Shown here in pieces: positions 26,380-39,496 of a stretch of DNA of 64,000 nt. This DNA comes from Macrostomum lignano. Lineage: Eukaryota. Location: NCBI GenBank assembly GCA_002269645.1, contig NIVC01000461.1, forward strand, positions 496,001-560,000, written 5' to 3'. A model generated the notes under the pieces. That model saw only the letters and a list, made by a program, of their open reading frames with translations, made no database searches and was not told the DNA's origin. The stretch's first letter is position 1; each line of letters opens with the position of its first letter. The position numbers were made by a program, and so were the translations under genes.

Positions 26380-28680
26380 CCATTTTAGACAAAAGGCTGC
26401 AAAATCTAATCTTGTTAGATTTCAAACAGATTTCCTTATGATATAAATTATGTCTAGCATTGTATTTGACATACTTAATCCTTTGATCTTTCATGTGCCT
26501 ATCTGACTTCAGTGGAAATTTTTGCAAAGCATCAACCTGCTAAAATGCCATTGCACAAGATGATATACTTTTGGATACCAATTAAAGTGATCCACAAAGT
26601 GTCTTTCCTGACACCACAAGGTCTTCATTACATTTGACTTTAGCAAGTGAGTAAATTTTCTAAATGTTGTTTTTTTAATATATGGATAAGGGTTAGTAAA
26701 AAGCAAGGGTCAATGTGGTTGGGGCAAAAGATGATATATCCTTACCTTTTACATGGCTAGTTTCCCTAAATTTATGATGGCATAGTTTGTAGCAAAATTT
26801 ATGGTATAACCTTTTAGGAAAGTTCATTCCAATGAAAAGACAAAATTTCTCATTTTACCATTGCCCATACCTACCAACATTTTAGTGTGGTGGATGGACT
26901 CCAGCACTAGGCCTATTGCTCATCATTGCAGCACTCAAGTCAAAGTTTTGCATTTTTGGGCTTCCAACATCAACTAGAGCAATAGTCTCAATTGGAGGCC
27001 ATGGAAAGCAATCTCAAGCATGCTGGTAGAGCCTGGTGCCAACCTTGGAAAGAATTTGGAGCCCACCTGATTGTTAATCATTTTTCATCTGGCAGCTGCA
27101 ACTGAGCATTGGAAATGGAATTCACTATATCTATAACTGGCCAGCGGGAACTGCACACTGAGAAGCAATGCCCATGTCCTTCACCCCACATAACATTGAG
27201 GTCTCACTTTAGTGGTCTTAGCGATGTAGGATGCGATCTTCATAGACATGCCATTGAACCTGATCTGCTATGCCACATCTCAAGAAAGCTGACTAATGTT
27301 TTAAGGGTATAGTGCGGCAAGACTGAGTCTGATAGATAGTCCAATTTCAGCCACTGTAGGCCGACTGTGCAAAATTAATTGAAGCAAATAAGCTTCATGG
27401 TACTTGCTAATTTGCCAATTTTTTCTCTTTTTAAATACTGATATCTGCTTTTCTGTTTAGTTTAGCTACAAGTTGCGCAGCCTTTGGAGCTAAGGCCGCC
27501 CACGCATTGCCTGGATGTAGTGCTCCTCACTAACCCCGTGCATAAAACTCCACATGGCCATGACAATCCAACTGCACTGTTAGTTCCACAAAAAAATTCT
27601 ATGCCGCATACATGCGCAACCTGGGGAATCACTCGGCCGTTTCTATTGGCAACACACATGTAAGTCGCTATTGGCTGAGAACAGTCACCTGACTACTATT
27701 CCATCCAATAGCAACTTACATGTGTGTGTTGCCAATAGAAACGGCCGGGTGAATCCCTAGGTTGCGCCCAGGCATGCTATGCCTGGTAAACACTTAACAC
27801 TACACTGCTGGTTATTATACTCATATTTCGACCTCCAAATTAAGCCAAGCCTTTACATTATTTAAATTTACTTTTCTGATTTACTTTTGATTTACTTCAT
27901 AGATACAAGTACCATGTCATACAAAATATTTACTCAATTTTGCCCTTGCAGTTGCATATTATGAGCTGTGCATCTTTGTGCCTGGTTTATTTTTCCATTT
28001 CTGAAACATCAAACATTGCAAAAAACCAATTCAAAAACAAAGAACATTTTCTATTTTCTACATCAGTATGTATAAAGAATGTATCTATACATTGCTCTTT
28101 TAATGTTTCAATGCACTGTATATATATTATAAATTACATCTTACATTCTTTGCAAGTCAAAACAGTTGAAAGTTCACATTTCAGATCTGTGAAACAAAAT
28201 AAAATTCATTTGAAATGAAAAAAAGTCTTGTCTTTTTTATTTACTAAGGTGAAAGAGAAGTTATTAACTTTGAGTTATTTATAAGAAAGACATCACCAGC
28301 AAAAATTAAGGTAGTGCCAATGAGTCTTGAAGTGCTAGTGTCAGCCAGCAAGCAGTTAAAGAACTGCAGTTGCTCATCTTGAATGCAGTGCACAGTAGAA
28401 TAGCCTCAAAGCTTGATGTTGTCTGGTTACTAGAGCACAGCAATCTTCTGTATGTTGACAACCAAACCAATTGCCAGCACAAAACCAACCAGCCTGCCTA
28501 GCTTTTTGGGTGGCAGGCTAGGTCACTGAGTTGTGACAAGTGAGCAGGACATGGAATGCCATAATGCAATCATTAGGTTGATCAAACATGAAGCATTGGC
28601 CAATACACAGCTAGTAGATAAGCTCAGAATGTAGGCTGAAAATCAGGCAGTGGCAATTGAGGCTTGTTGCTGGCAGCTGA
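26380..28680 (-). pseudogene. Possible decayed coding remnants (putative transposase) inside the 4.86-kb element
   Basis: Less AT-rich blocks at ~26400-27350 and ~28300-28680 with broken minus-strand frames (e.g. ERHFVDHFNW; Cys-rich WFGCQHTEDCC segment). No family can be assigned by eye. Confidence 0.3.
27607..27776. mobile_element. 170-bp palindromic MITE (CATACATGCGCAAC family), TSD CTATGCCG/CTATGCCT
   Basis: Homologous to 25664-25842, with a 7/8 TSD match. Confidence 0.88.
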
Positions 28681-31242
28681 AACAAAATATGTTGAAATAT
28701 AAAGAATTTAATTGTTCAGGGTTAATGCAAAAATAAATATTATCAAAGGTTGTCAATTGTATTTTAATATATAAGTCAACATAAAAAAAAGCTAATACAT
28801 AAGCAAAAGGTACAAAAATTCAATTAGAAGTTTTACTACTATATGATGTAAATTTTTAGCTAAAAAAGTAATTTAAACTTAAAATAGTATACATATAAAA
28901 CTATTTTAACAAATTCCTTTTTCTTAAACTATTATTTAACATTTACCTTTTCTAATGACTAATCTATTTATTTTGTTAATTATTAATGTAAATATATTTC
29001 TTATTAACACATTTTAACCTATAAAACTTGCAATTTAATAATAATAATAATAATAATATTAAAAGTTAAATACTAAAAAAATCTAGAATATTTCTTATAT
29101 TATAGATAGGCCTACTTAGTAAAAATGGTTAGAGCTTGTTTTTGTGCCTAGGTCTATATGACTATATTCTTGGTCCTATATATGCAGGTCTAGCTTAAAA
29201 AACTGATAGCTTTCTAAAGACTTGAGGCCTAGGTAAAACAAGAAAAATGAAAATGGTGGGGGCATATTGTAAATATTGTCCTTATATATTTAACTACATA
29301 GACAGGTCTATTAGTATAGTTACTACATTGAAATGGAATTATACCTACAATAATGGCTTAATAGTACCGTAATGCAGCATTTTTATTGCAAATATACTTG
29401 ATTTTAAAAAGGAAAAATACAAAGTTCGGCTAATGCCACTTGTGAGTATTTTGCAACTTGGGGCTTATGAAATAAAAAGAAAATAATATGAAGATGAAAC
29501 TTTCAAGACACAACTACATTAAAATATAATAGAGTAACATGTTGTGCGTGCTAAATAAAAAGAATGGTTATCTTAGCTGCCTTAGATCAAATGCAATCAT
29601 TGATTTTGTGATGAAAAAATGATTTGCTCCTATCTCCGCAGTGTATTTTTTCCAGGAAATCGTCCTCCTAAAAATTTACACGATCTTTGAGTTTTACGTC
29701 CTGCTAGTCTAGAAGTCCTTGGGCATAACTCCTATTTTCTACTTAATTAGGCTAGTAGTTTGTCTTTCTCGCTTGAAAACACTTATAGCATAGTGTTTTC
29801 GAGTGTCATGGTTTTTATTTCGGTAGATTTTTAATCAGAAAACCTGCATTGCTGAATGCAGCAATTCAGTAGAAAAGGGTCCTTGTATGGTACATTATAG
29901 GGACATAGAAATTTGGTAGCTACAGTAGCTACAGACTAAAGATTATTTGAAACCTAGATGTATGTATTTGTTCATGGAGAGTAGTTAAGGGTTAGAGAGG
30001 TGGTGGATTAAGAGAGAGCAAAGTGGGGCTCTAGCCAGTCTGAAAAATTCAGATCGATGTACAAATTGTAATCACACTCAGGTCTGATGAGTCACTTTAA
30101 CAAGAGCAGCATTATGGTGCTTTAAAGAATACATTTGAGTATTCCTTAATTGATTACACATTTATTTATTGCAGCTGCTGCTGTGAGTGTACATGATGTT
30201 ACTTAATTAAGAAAACAAAGTTTGACATTTTAATTGAAAAAAAAACACGTTTAGCTTGCAATAAAATAAAAATAACACACTAAAGTAATAGTTTTACACG
30301 TCATACGAACATTAACCGTAGGTCAGCATGAAAGCTATATAGCAAGTGAAGATGGGCAAAGAGCTGAGAGCTGAGAAATGGGCAAAGATGATTAAAACAG
30401 GAAGGACGAGGCATCTTGTTTATTAGATTATTTTAAGCCTCATTTTTTCCGAAAAACGACACTATTTGATTAAACGCCCATAAAATGATAGTTTTAAAAT
30501 GTACATGCTTTATCTTCTCTATCGCTTTATAGATTTTTTAAGTCAAGCCGTTAAAACTTTTCCAAGAAATCAAGTGTTTCTATTTTCTCGATTCTATAGT
30601 GGAACTTGAAAATGGGAAACTGTCAAAGAAGCAGAGTTGAGACTCAAAAAAGCAAATGAAAATAGCACTCATGTCATACCATAAATAATGAATGCGTGTA
30701 CAACAAACGAGATGTACGGATGTTTACATGTACATAAAAACGCAATAGAAATTTGAAAACATTTGAAAAATGAAAGAGAAGCGAGACGGAGCCAATATTA
30801 AATAACTACATGAATGCAAACGCTAAAGCAGGCATCAGGAAGGCCGCAATGACCTCTTAGGGTTGGGCAATAGAGTAAATACAATGAAAGATTTATGCTC
30901 AAAAGCTCTCTAGCAGGGTGTAAGAGTATACTTTACTTCACAGTTAAGCAAACGATTAGAAAACCACAGCTAACAAACAATGGCTAAGAGAATTGCTGAC
31001 AGAGTACAAAAGTACATTTATGATTAAATATAAATATGAACGTGCTAACTCGATACGTGTGTGACAGAAAGTTGCAGCGATTGCTTTACTGAAAAATTTG
31101 TTCTAATTTTTCTTACGCTATAGAATTAGATAAGAGGATCGTATACTGGGTCCAAAAAATTTGAACGGGAAGAGGGCCACAGGAATTAAAAAACTGAAAC
31201 ATAAGGCTGCTTTGCTTTATCAAAGGACAGGAAGAAGAGTTA

Positions 31243-31862
31243 GCGGCGCTACATTGAGAGACCGAAAGTGAACTAAGCGGCGCTAAATTGAAGGAACGGA
31301 AGTGAGCTTAGCACCGCTACATTGAGGAACCGGAAGTAAGCTTAGCACCGCTGCATTGAGAGACCGAAAGTGAATTTAGCGGCGCTAAATTGAGGGACTG
31401 GAAGTGAGCTAAGCGACGCTACATTGAGGGACCGGAAGTGAGCTAAGCGACGCTACATTGAGGGACCGGAAGTGAGCTAAACAACGCTACATTGAGGGAC
31501 CGAAAGTACATTTAGTGGCGCTACATTGAAGAACCATAAGTGAATTTAGTGGCGTTACATTGAGGGACCAGAAGTGAATTTAGTGGCACTACATTGAGGG
31601 ACCGGAAGTGAACTAAGCGACGCTACATTGAGGGACCGGAAGTGAACTAAGCGACGCTACATTGAGGGACCGAAAGTAAATTTAGTGGCGCTACATTGAG
31701 AGACCGAAAGTGAATTTAGTGGCGCTACATTGAGGGACCGAAAGTGAATACAGCGGCTCTACATTAAAGGACCGGAAGTGAGCTTAGCAGCGCTACATTG
31801 AGAGACCGGAAGTGAGCTTAGCACCGCTACATTAAAAGACCGGAAGTGAACCTGGTGGCGCT
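31243..31862. repeat. 34-bp minisatellite (CTACATTGAGGGACCGGAAGTGAGCTAAGCGACG) just 3' of DCAF6
   Basis: About 18 units, 8 of which contain a perfect ACCGGAAGT. Confidence 0.95.
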
Positions 31863-32004
31863 CCTCATGAGCAGTGATAGCAGCTTTAGCCCGCTTAGCC
31901 TAAACTCACACTGGATACGCCACTAATTCTTCAAAAATGCTACTTTATTCCACATTCTCATTGCATGAAAGTACAATTGGCTGCATCATGGTTCAAGTTA
32001 TCAA

Positions 32005-35000
32005 TCACTGCGCATCGTGGGAATAGAGCCTAGACAGAGTCCGCATGATAGATAGCATAGCGCTGCCAGGCACAGTCACTGTGTTCATAGTCTGCGCTAG
32101 CATGGCCTGATTTCGCTTAACCAAACCGGCCAAATCATTATTAGCCGAAGTTAGCGACTTTTCACCGCCGGCTATTGGCGACCAGAGCTTCACGTCGTAG
32201 TCGATGCCGCTGGTTGCCAGGTAGAGCAGGCTGGGATGCGGCGCCACCCGATTCACCACCCGCTTGTCGGCCAGGCAGGCGTTCAATAGGCGGCCATCGC
32301 TGGCGCGCCAGACCAGAAAGTGTCCGCAATCGCTGCCGGACAGGACATAATTGGAGCCCCAGAATGCCGCCTGTTGGATGCAGGTGCGCGCGTTCCGGTG
32401 GCCCTGGAACACCCGGCACACCGGATAGCTTGGATAGTCGGTCGCCGATTCCACTTGCGAGCCGCTGTCGGCCAGGCCGCGGCGATTTGACTGACATGGA
32501 GCGGCGCGGGTGGCGGCGGAGTCAGCAGGGACTGAGGCTACGGAAGCGGCGGAGGCGGCGCCAGCTCCATTGCTGCTTGAATTCGACAGCTCGTGCGGTT
32601 CCGACGAAGGCGCCGGCGTCGGAGGCTCGGAGTGGCGCTGTCGAACTGCGGGCACCTCGTCAGAGGTGTCATCGCTGTCCTCTGGCAGCGGCGGGTTCTG
32701 GCCCTCCTGGTCCATCGGCTGCTCGGACGCTGCAGCGCCGGCCGGATTTCGCTGTCGATTGAGCTGGTAGGCCCGCATCATGAACTGCCCGAGGCGCTCG
32801 CTGTAGTCGCCTGAGCCGCGGGCGACGCCGCCATCGTTGCCGCCACCGTCTCCGCTGCCACTGCCACCACCGCCGCTGCCGCCTCCTTCAGTTGAAGACG
32901 ACGGCGGCTCGGAGCCCGGCCCGGTGTCGGACCAGTCGCCGCGGAAGCGAAACACGATTCGACCTGACGAGTCCTCGGCTGGAACGGCGTCGGTTGGCAG
33001 CGGGCCGCCGTGCAGCGGATCGCAGCCGGCGTTGGGCGCGGCGGTCAGTTGCGACTGAGGCACAGTCTGCTTGATGTCGAACAGGTAGAGACTGCCGCCA
33101 TTGTAGGAGGCCAGCAGCTGGGTTGCACTCGGATTAAAGCTTAGGCTGGTAACGCGAACAAGTCGCTTTGAGCTGAGCACTTCAACAGGTTTGGACTGGC
33201 TGACCCAGCGACCGTAGCCGATGCAGCGCCGATCATATTCGCCAATGTAGCCGTCCTTGTCGGCCACGAATAGCCGCTCTCTGGCCAGCGGGTGGACGGC
33301 GGCTGCCGTGTAGCCATAGTAGCTGGGTTGTGAGGTGGGCCGGGGCTGGCGAGCATCGGTCAGAGAGCATCAGTGAGCATCAGTCAGTGAGCATCAGTCA
33401 GTAAGCATCAGTCAGTGAGCATCAGTCAGTGAGCATCAGTCAGTGAGCATCAGTCAGTGAGCATCAGTCAGTAAGCATCAGTCAGTGAGCATCAGTCAGT
33501 GAGCATCAGTCAGTGCGCATCAGTCAGTGAGCATCAGTCAGTGAGCATCAGTCAGTAAGCATCAGTCAGTAAGCATCAGTCAGTGAGCATCAGTCAGTGA
33601 GCATCAGTGAGCATCAGTCAGTGAGCATCAGTCAGTGAGCATCAGTCAGTGAGCATCAGTCAGTGAGCATCAGTGAGCATCAGTCAGTGAGCATCAGTCA
33701 GTGAGCATCAGTCAGTGAGCATCAGTCAGTGAGCATCAGTCAGTGAGCATCAGTGAGCATCAGTCAGTGAGCATCAGTGAGCATCAGTCAGTGAGCATCA
33801 GTCAGTGAGCATCAGTCAGTGAGCATCAGTCAGTGAGCATCAGTCAGTGAGCATCAGTGAGCATCAGTCAGTAAGCATCAGTCAGTGAGCATCAGTGAGC
33901 ATCAGTCAGTGAGCATCAGTCAGTGCGCATCAGTCAGTGAGCATCAGTGAGCATCAGTCAGTGAGCATCAGTCAGTGAGCATCAGTCAGTGAGCATCAGT
34001 CAGTGAGCATCAGTCAGTGAGCATCAGTCAGTGCGCATCAGTCAGTGAGCATCAGTGAGCATCAGTCAGTGAGCATCAGTCAGTGAGCATCAGTCAGTGA
34101 GCATCAGTCAGTGAGCATCAGTCAGTGAGCATCAGTGAGCATCAGTCAGTGAGCATCAGTCAGTGAGCATCAGTCAGTGAGCATCAGTCAGTGAGCATCA
34201 GTCAGTGAGCATCAGTGAGCATCAGTCAGTGAGCATCAGTCAGTGAGCATCAGTCAGTGAGCATCAGTCAGTAAGCATCAGTCAGTGAGCATCAGTCAGT
34301 GAGCATCAGTCAGTGCGCATCAGTCAGTGAGCATCAGTCAGTGAGCATCAGTCAGTAAGCATCAGTCAGTAAGCATCAGTCAGTGAGCATCAGTCAGTGA
34401 GCATCAGTGAGCATCAGTCAGTGAGCATCAGTCAGTGAGCATCAGTCAGTGAGCATCAGTCAGTGAGCATCAGTCAGTGCGCATCAGTCAGTGAGCATCA
34501 GTCAGTGAGCATCAGTCAGTGAGCATCAGTCAGTGAGCATCAGTCAGTGAGAATCAGTCAGTGAGCATCAGTCAGTGAGCATCAGTGAGCATCAGTGAGC
34601 ATCAGTCAGTGAGCATCAGTGAGCATCAGTCAGTGAGCATCAGTCAGTGAGCATCAGTCAGTGAGCATCAGTCAGTGAGCATCAGTCAGTGAGCATCAGT
34701 CAGTGAGCATCAGTCAGTGAGCATCAGTCAGTGAGCATCAGTCAGTGAGCATCAGTCAGTGAGCATCAGTCAGTGAGCATCAGTCAGTGAGCATCAGTCA
34801 GTGAGCATCAGTCAGTGAGCATCAGTGAGCATCAGTCAGTGAGCATCAGTCAGTGAGCATCAGTGAGCATCAGTCAGTGAGCATCAGTAAAAGGTCACGA
34901 GTCGCGTTCTCACCGGCAGTGCTGGTTGGTGAGCAGCACAACATGCCTGGAGTCGGGCTGGCGCACATCGAACTGTCTGAGAGTGCCGTCGGCGCTAACG

Positions 35001-36466
35001 CTAAGAAACAGGTCGGCCTCAGTGGGGCTGGTGACAATGTCGAACACGGTGGCCCTGTGACAGGCGTAGGAGCGAACGTTGCCACCATCGTTGCTGGCCT
35101 GGCCAAGGTCGATCAAGTTGATTTTGCCGTCGCCAGCTGCCGATAAAATTTTTAGATCATCTGACATTGGCAGGAATTTTGAGCTGAATATGTTCGCCCG
35201 GTGGCCAGATGCAATTGAGTGAGACTCGGCCTGGTTAATTTCAAGTATTCAGGCATAATTTCATTTGTAGCTACTTATCAGTAGTGTGCTGGGCAAAGAC
35301 ATGCAGGCCTGGACCCTATTCATACAATGAGATGCAGTGCTATCTATATATAAGCCTTTGGATACAATTACTCAAGATTTCACTACATTCTTCTGCAGCA
35401 ACCAAAACAACTGCTTTCATTACCATATGCCCTGTTCTGTTTGCCATTATTTTGCAATGCAAAGCAATGTTCCAAATTCAACCTGCATGCATGCAATAGT
35501 TTTGGATTTGTTTAGTTTTGATACCAAAAACCATGGTTGGGAAAGATTTGAATCTCTTTCTAAAATAGACAGGAGCTACAGGGTATTAATCAGATAGTTA
35601 AAGGCTTAAGAAATATTAACTAGAGAAAAAAGTCAAATAAAAGTCTAATGGAAATTGTAAAACATCTCAATAATTGTTAAAATGGTTTATGACTTATTGA
35701 AAGCAACTTAGCTTACCAAATGACTAAATGGAGATGTTATAGCAACATTGCGATCATCTGAGCCAGACAATAAGTAGCGCCCATTAGAGCTCCAACACAC
35801 TGAATTAACCTACAAAAATGAAAAGGAAAATTCTTGATGATGATGACTATGATGACTAATAGTCATCAAGTTTTTTAAAGATATACAATAGAATTAAAGA
35901 ACTCACACAACCAGAATGCACAGGAAGAATTTTTTCCAATGATAGTCGCATTACACTCCATTCAAAGTCTAAAAAGGTTAGAAAATGTTTAAATGTTTAT
36001 CTTCTTTATTAAACTTTTACTATATTATATTTATTTCCAATAATGCAATATTGGTCTCATTCTGTATAATCATAATTATCATACATAGTTTATTTTAAAA
36101 CTATCTTATAAGTAAAGGTTTATTACAGAAGAAAAACAAAATGCTTAGATAGAGCAGACTTAGAGCAGAATACTAAAAGCAAAAAAATAGTTGTTAGTAA
36201 ATAGCTAAGTTATAAGTTACAACTGATATAAGGGTGCAAAACACAGTGGCACAGTCGGAAATTTTTTTGGGGGGCCCATTCAGGGGAGGGGGAATTTCGC
36301 CAGGCCCCCGCACCCCCCTGGCTGTGCCACAGGCAAAACAATCAATTCAACTTCTTCTCTAAAGCTATCAACATTTTTGGAGTAATTATTTACCTTTGAA
36401 ATTGCTTTTTGGAAGGTTATCAGGAAAAGTTATTCGATAGTTCAAATTTTGGTGAAAGAAAGACAT
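32005..36466 (-). CDS. DCAF6: DDB1- and CUL4-associated factor 6 (WD40 protein), 5 exons, 620 aa
   Basis: Exons 36466-36394, 35968-35907, 35809-35717, 35230-34914 and 33322-32005, all GT-AG and phase-compatible (total 1863 nt). Motifs HSGCVNSVCW..YLLSGSDD, SGHRANIFSSKFLP, RGDWSDTGP, GHRNART..FWG..SGSDCGH, SGIDYDVKLWSP and NTVTVP are diagnostic. Exon 1 is less certain than the rest. Confidence 0.92.
33362..34888. repeat. 14-bp minisatellite (GAGCATCAGTCAGT, with 10-bp variants) filling DCAF6 intron 4
   Basis: Visible array occupying nearly all of intron 33323-34913. Confidence 0.98.
36244..36332. mobile_element. 89-bp hAT-type MITE in DCAF6 intron 1
   Basis: Termini CAGTGGCACAG..CTGTGCCACAG, with 8-bp TSD GCAAAACA at 36236-36243 and 36333-36340. 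Confidence 0.85.
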
Positions 36467-39400
36467 TTTTAAAGTTCACAAAATGTCTAAAATAGATCTG
36501 CAAATAAAGTCCCCCCTAGTAATGATTTAGCAAAAAACAAACGAGTAAAAAGTAATCAATTAAAATTAAAAATTCTACGGTTACAAACGTCATTTGCTTT
36601 GTGAAGCAAACAAAACTTTAGGCAAAGCAAGTTCTACTTTGCCAGTTTGCTGAAAGTTAATTTGATCTCGGTTAAGCGAACGTTTTGTAGAAAAAAAGTA
36701 TTCAAATTTTTTGGTCATTTTCGTAATGTAAAATATACTCTATGGCTCGTTTTTATACATAAATATTATTTAATTCAAAATTAATCATTTAAAAAGTAGA
36801 CAATTTTTTTGCAAAATTTCTCCTTAATGTAAATATATAGTTATACTTAATACATTTGTACGATAATTTTACGAGGTAAAACCTATTTTGAAATCATTCA
36901 ACAGTCCGTCAATTTAAATTTTTGTTTGGCTCTGAACTTTCCTTTTTCGTTTTAAAGAAGTTAAGTAGACATATACTTCTTTAGCATGTTTAGCTTTTAA
37001 AATTTCTACATTCGAGTGTTATAACTACAGTACAGGCAACATGAATATGAGTATAATGTATATAATGTATAATGTATAATGTAATTATATCTGTATTGGT
37101 AAACTTACTGTAGTCTGTAATTGTATGTGTACTGTACAATATTAGCTAGGCGGCTAACTTTGGCTCCCTAAGCAGATTAAGATGTAGCCTATTACATTTT
37201 TATGTGGTGGGTAACTCAGGGTAAGGCTATAGTAGGCCTATAAAACAATTGCATAGCAATATAGATTAAGAGGGTATTAGAGCCCAGAGGTTAGTTGCAA
37301 GATGTTAGATGGGACATTTTTCTATCTATAGGCCTAGGCCTAAAATGCCTGAAAACTTTAAGCTTTATGTATGACTATGAGTATGACATTGGCATAAATA
37401 GATAACAGATTTGGCTACAGGCTAGGGGCCTATCTCTTAGTCCATGACTCTACTATCTTATGTTATTATCCCTTGTTCTTAGGCCTAGGCCTAGCTGTTA
37501 TTTTATTGGCCTACCTCTTAATTTTGTATCTAGTTTTTTAGGCAGTCATTATTTGCATAGTAGGCCTACTGTGTAAATATAGCTAGTGTTATTTACAAAT
37601 TATTTACAAAAGTAACTAAAATAAATAGGCCTACATTAGCCTAAGGCCCTATAAATAGTTATTTTATCAAGGACTAATCAATATTTGATCCTTGTATCTT
37701 TTATTTTCAATATGAGTTTAAAATAACTAAGCTAGGCCTTAGTAAAATAGAGTTTAAACATAATTTATGTTTATAGCTTAGCATTAGCTTAGCATAGCTT
37801 AGCTTAGCTAGCCTAGCTTAGTATACTTAAAAAACAAATAAAAGATGCAACTTATTTGCCTTTAAAATAAATGGATTTGTGGTCAGTCAAATATAACTTG
37901 ATTAGGCCCATTCTCTTATAGCCATAGTTAGGAAGATAGCCTTTTTTTACAGATAATTCCAGTGCAAAAAAGGGTTGGGTATGTTATATTGAAGCATTCT
38001 GGCACAATAGTAGGCAAGGGAAAAATTCCATTCTTTTGGTTAACAATCACCTTAACTTAAATAGTGATGATCCCTCAAACAATGACAATCACTACTGAAA
38101 ACAGTTGTAAAACATAAAACCCAATGGTGGTTTCCAATGAAATGAAATTGAATGTTGGCAAATTGACTTTGTTTATTTCAAATGATGGTAAGACTATTAT
38201 AGCTTATATTTCACTTTTAGTTTACAATCATCTATATGTATGTTACTATTAAAATGATTGCAAACCAAAGTTGGCTATAGGAAAGCCCATTAAATAATTT
38301 TAATTATAAAGTCGCAAGTTTGAACTAACAGCTTATATATACAAGGTGTATTCAAAAAGTTCTTTTCAATGCCCTACAAAACTGAACACAAAACAACTGG
38401 AACTATGAAAACACTATTAGATTGTTTAACATGATTCTGTCACTCAACATATTCACTGCCAATGTCTTTGCACTTCTGCCAGAAATTTACCAGGCCTCTG
38501 TTTCCAGAACTCACACCATTTGTATCTGTTTGACGAACAGCTTGACTGCATGCAACTTGGATGTGCTCAACGCTGTCAAATTGAATGCCTCGAAGGTGCT
38601 TCTTCATAGAATGAAATAAGAAAAAGTTGCATGGCAACAAATCAGGCAAATAGGGTGGATGTTGGAGCACTTCTCAGCCCCATTTGCTCAGGAGTTCCAC
38701 AACGTTGTGCTTGCAATGTGCTGGCGCATTGTCGTGCAGCAGAATCATGCTAGGTTCCAGCAGACCAGGGGCGCTTCTTTCCTATTGCTGGGCGCAACTC
38801 CTGCAGTATCCACTTTTAGTAGTCCCCATTGACGGTGGTTCCTTGTGGGACTGCCCAGTTCAGCAGGATTCCTTGGGAATAAAAAACATGACGTGCATGA
38901 TCTTCAGCGCACCCTGCTTCCTGATGGCCTGAGGTCCTGGAGAATGTGCTGGAAGCCATTCGGCAGACTGGGCCTTTGTCTCAGGATCCCAGCTGTAAAC
39001 CCACGTCTCGTCTCCAGCAACAATTCTCGATAGAAAATCCTCCCCTTCTCGATGGAACCGACACAGGTGGCTGCTTGAAGCCAGAGTTCACTGCATCTTT
39101 TGCTCACCTGTCAGCAGGTGTGGCACCCACTTGCAAAACTTTTTCTGCAGGTGAAGACACTCAGTCAGAATTGTGTGGACGCTTCCTGCTGACACACCAA
39201 CGTCTTCTCCCAACTCTTCGCAAGTCCGTAGCCGATCATCATCCAGGAGCTCTTGTACTTTCTTCACAACAGTCTCATAGGTTGCAGTCATCAGCCTTCC
39301 AGAGCGATCATTGTCCCCAACGCTCTCTCTTCCCTCAGCGAACAGCCGGTACCATTTTCGAAATGTCTGCTCAGTTGGTGCACAGTTGCCAAGCACTTGC

Positions 39401-39496
39401 TGAAGCTCCCTAAACATATCCGGTGGCTTTTTACTTGCAGAAACTGAAACTTCATCAAGCTTTGAATGTCTTACTTTGAAAATGATTCAGCTATGG

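Larger units (their letters stand above)
24864..29721. mobile_element. 4858-bp DNA transposon with ~524-bp terminal inverted repeats and 8-bp TSD GGCATAAC; apparently non-autonomous
   Basis: 24864-25387 is the reverse complement of 29198-29721 (termini CAAGGACTTCTAGACTAGCAGG). GGCATAAC at 24856-24863 and 29722-29729. Confidence 0.93.
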
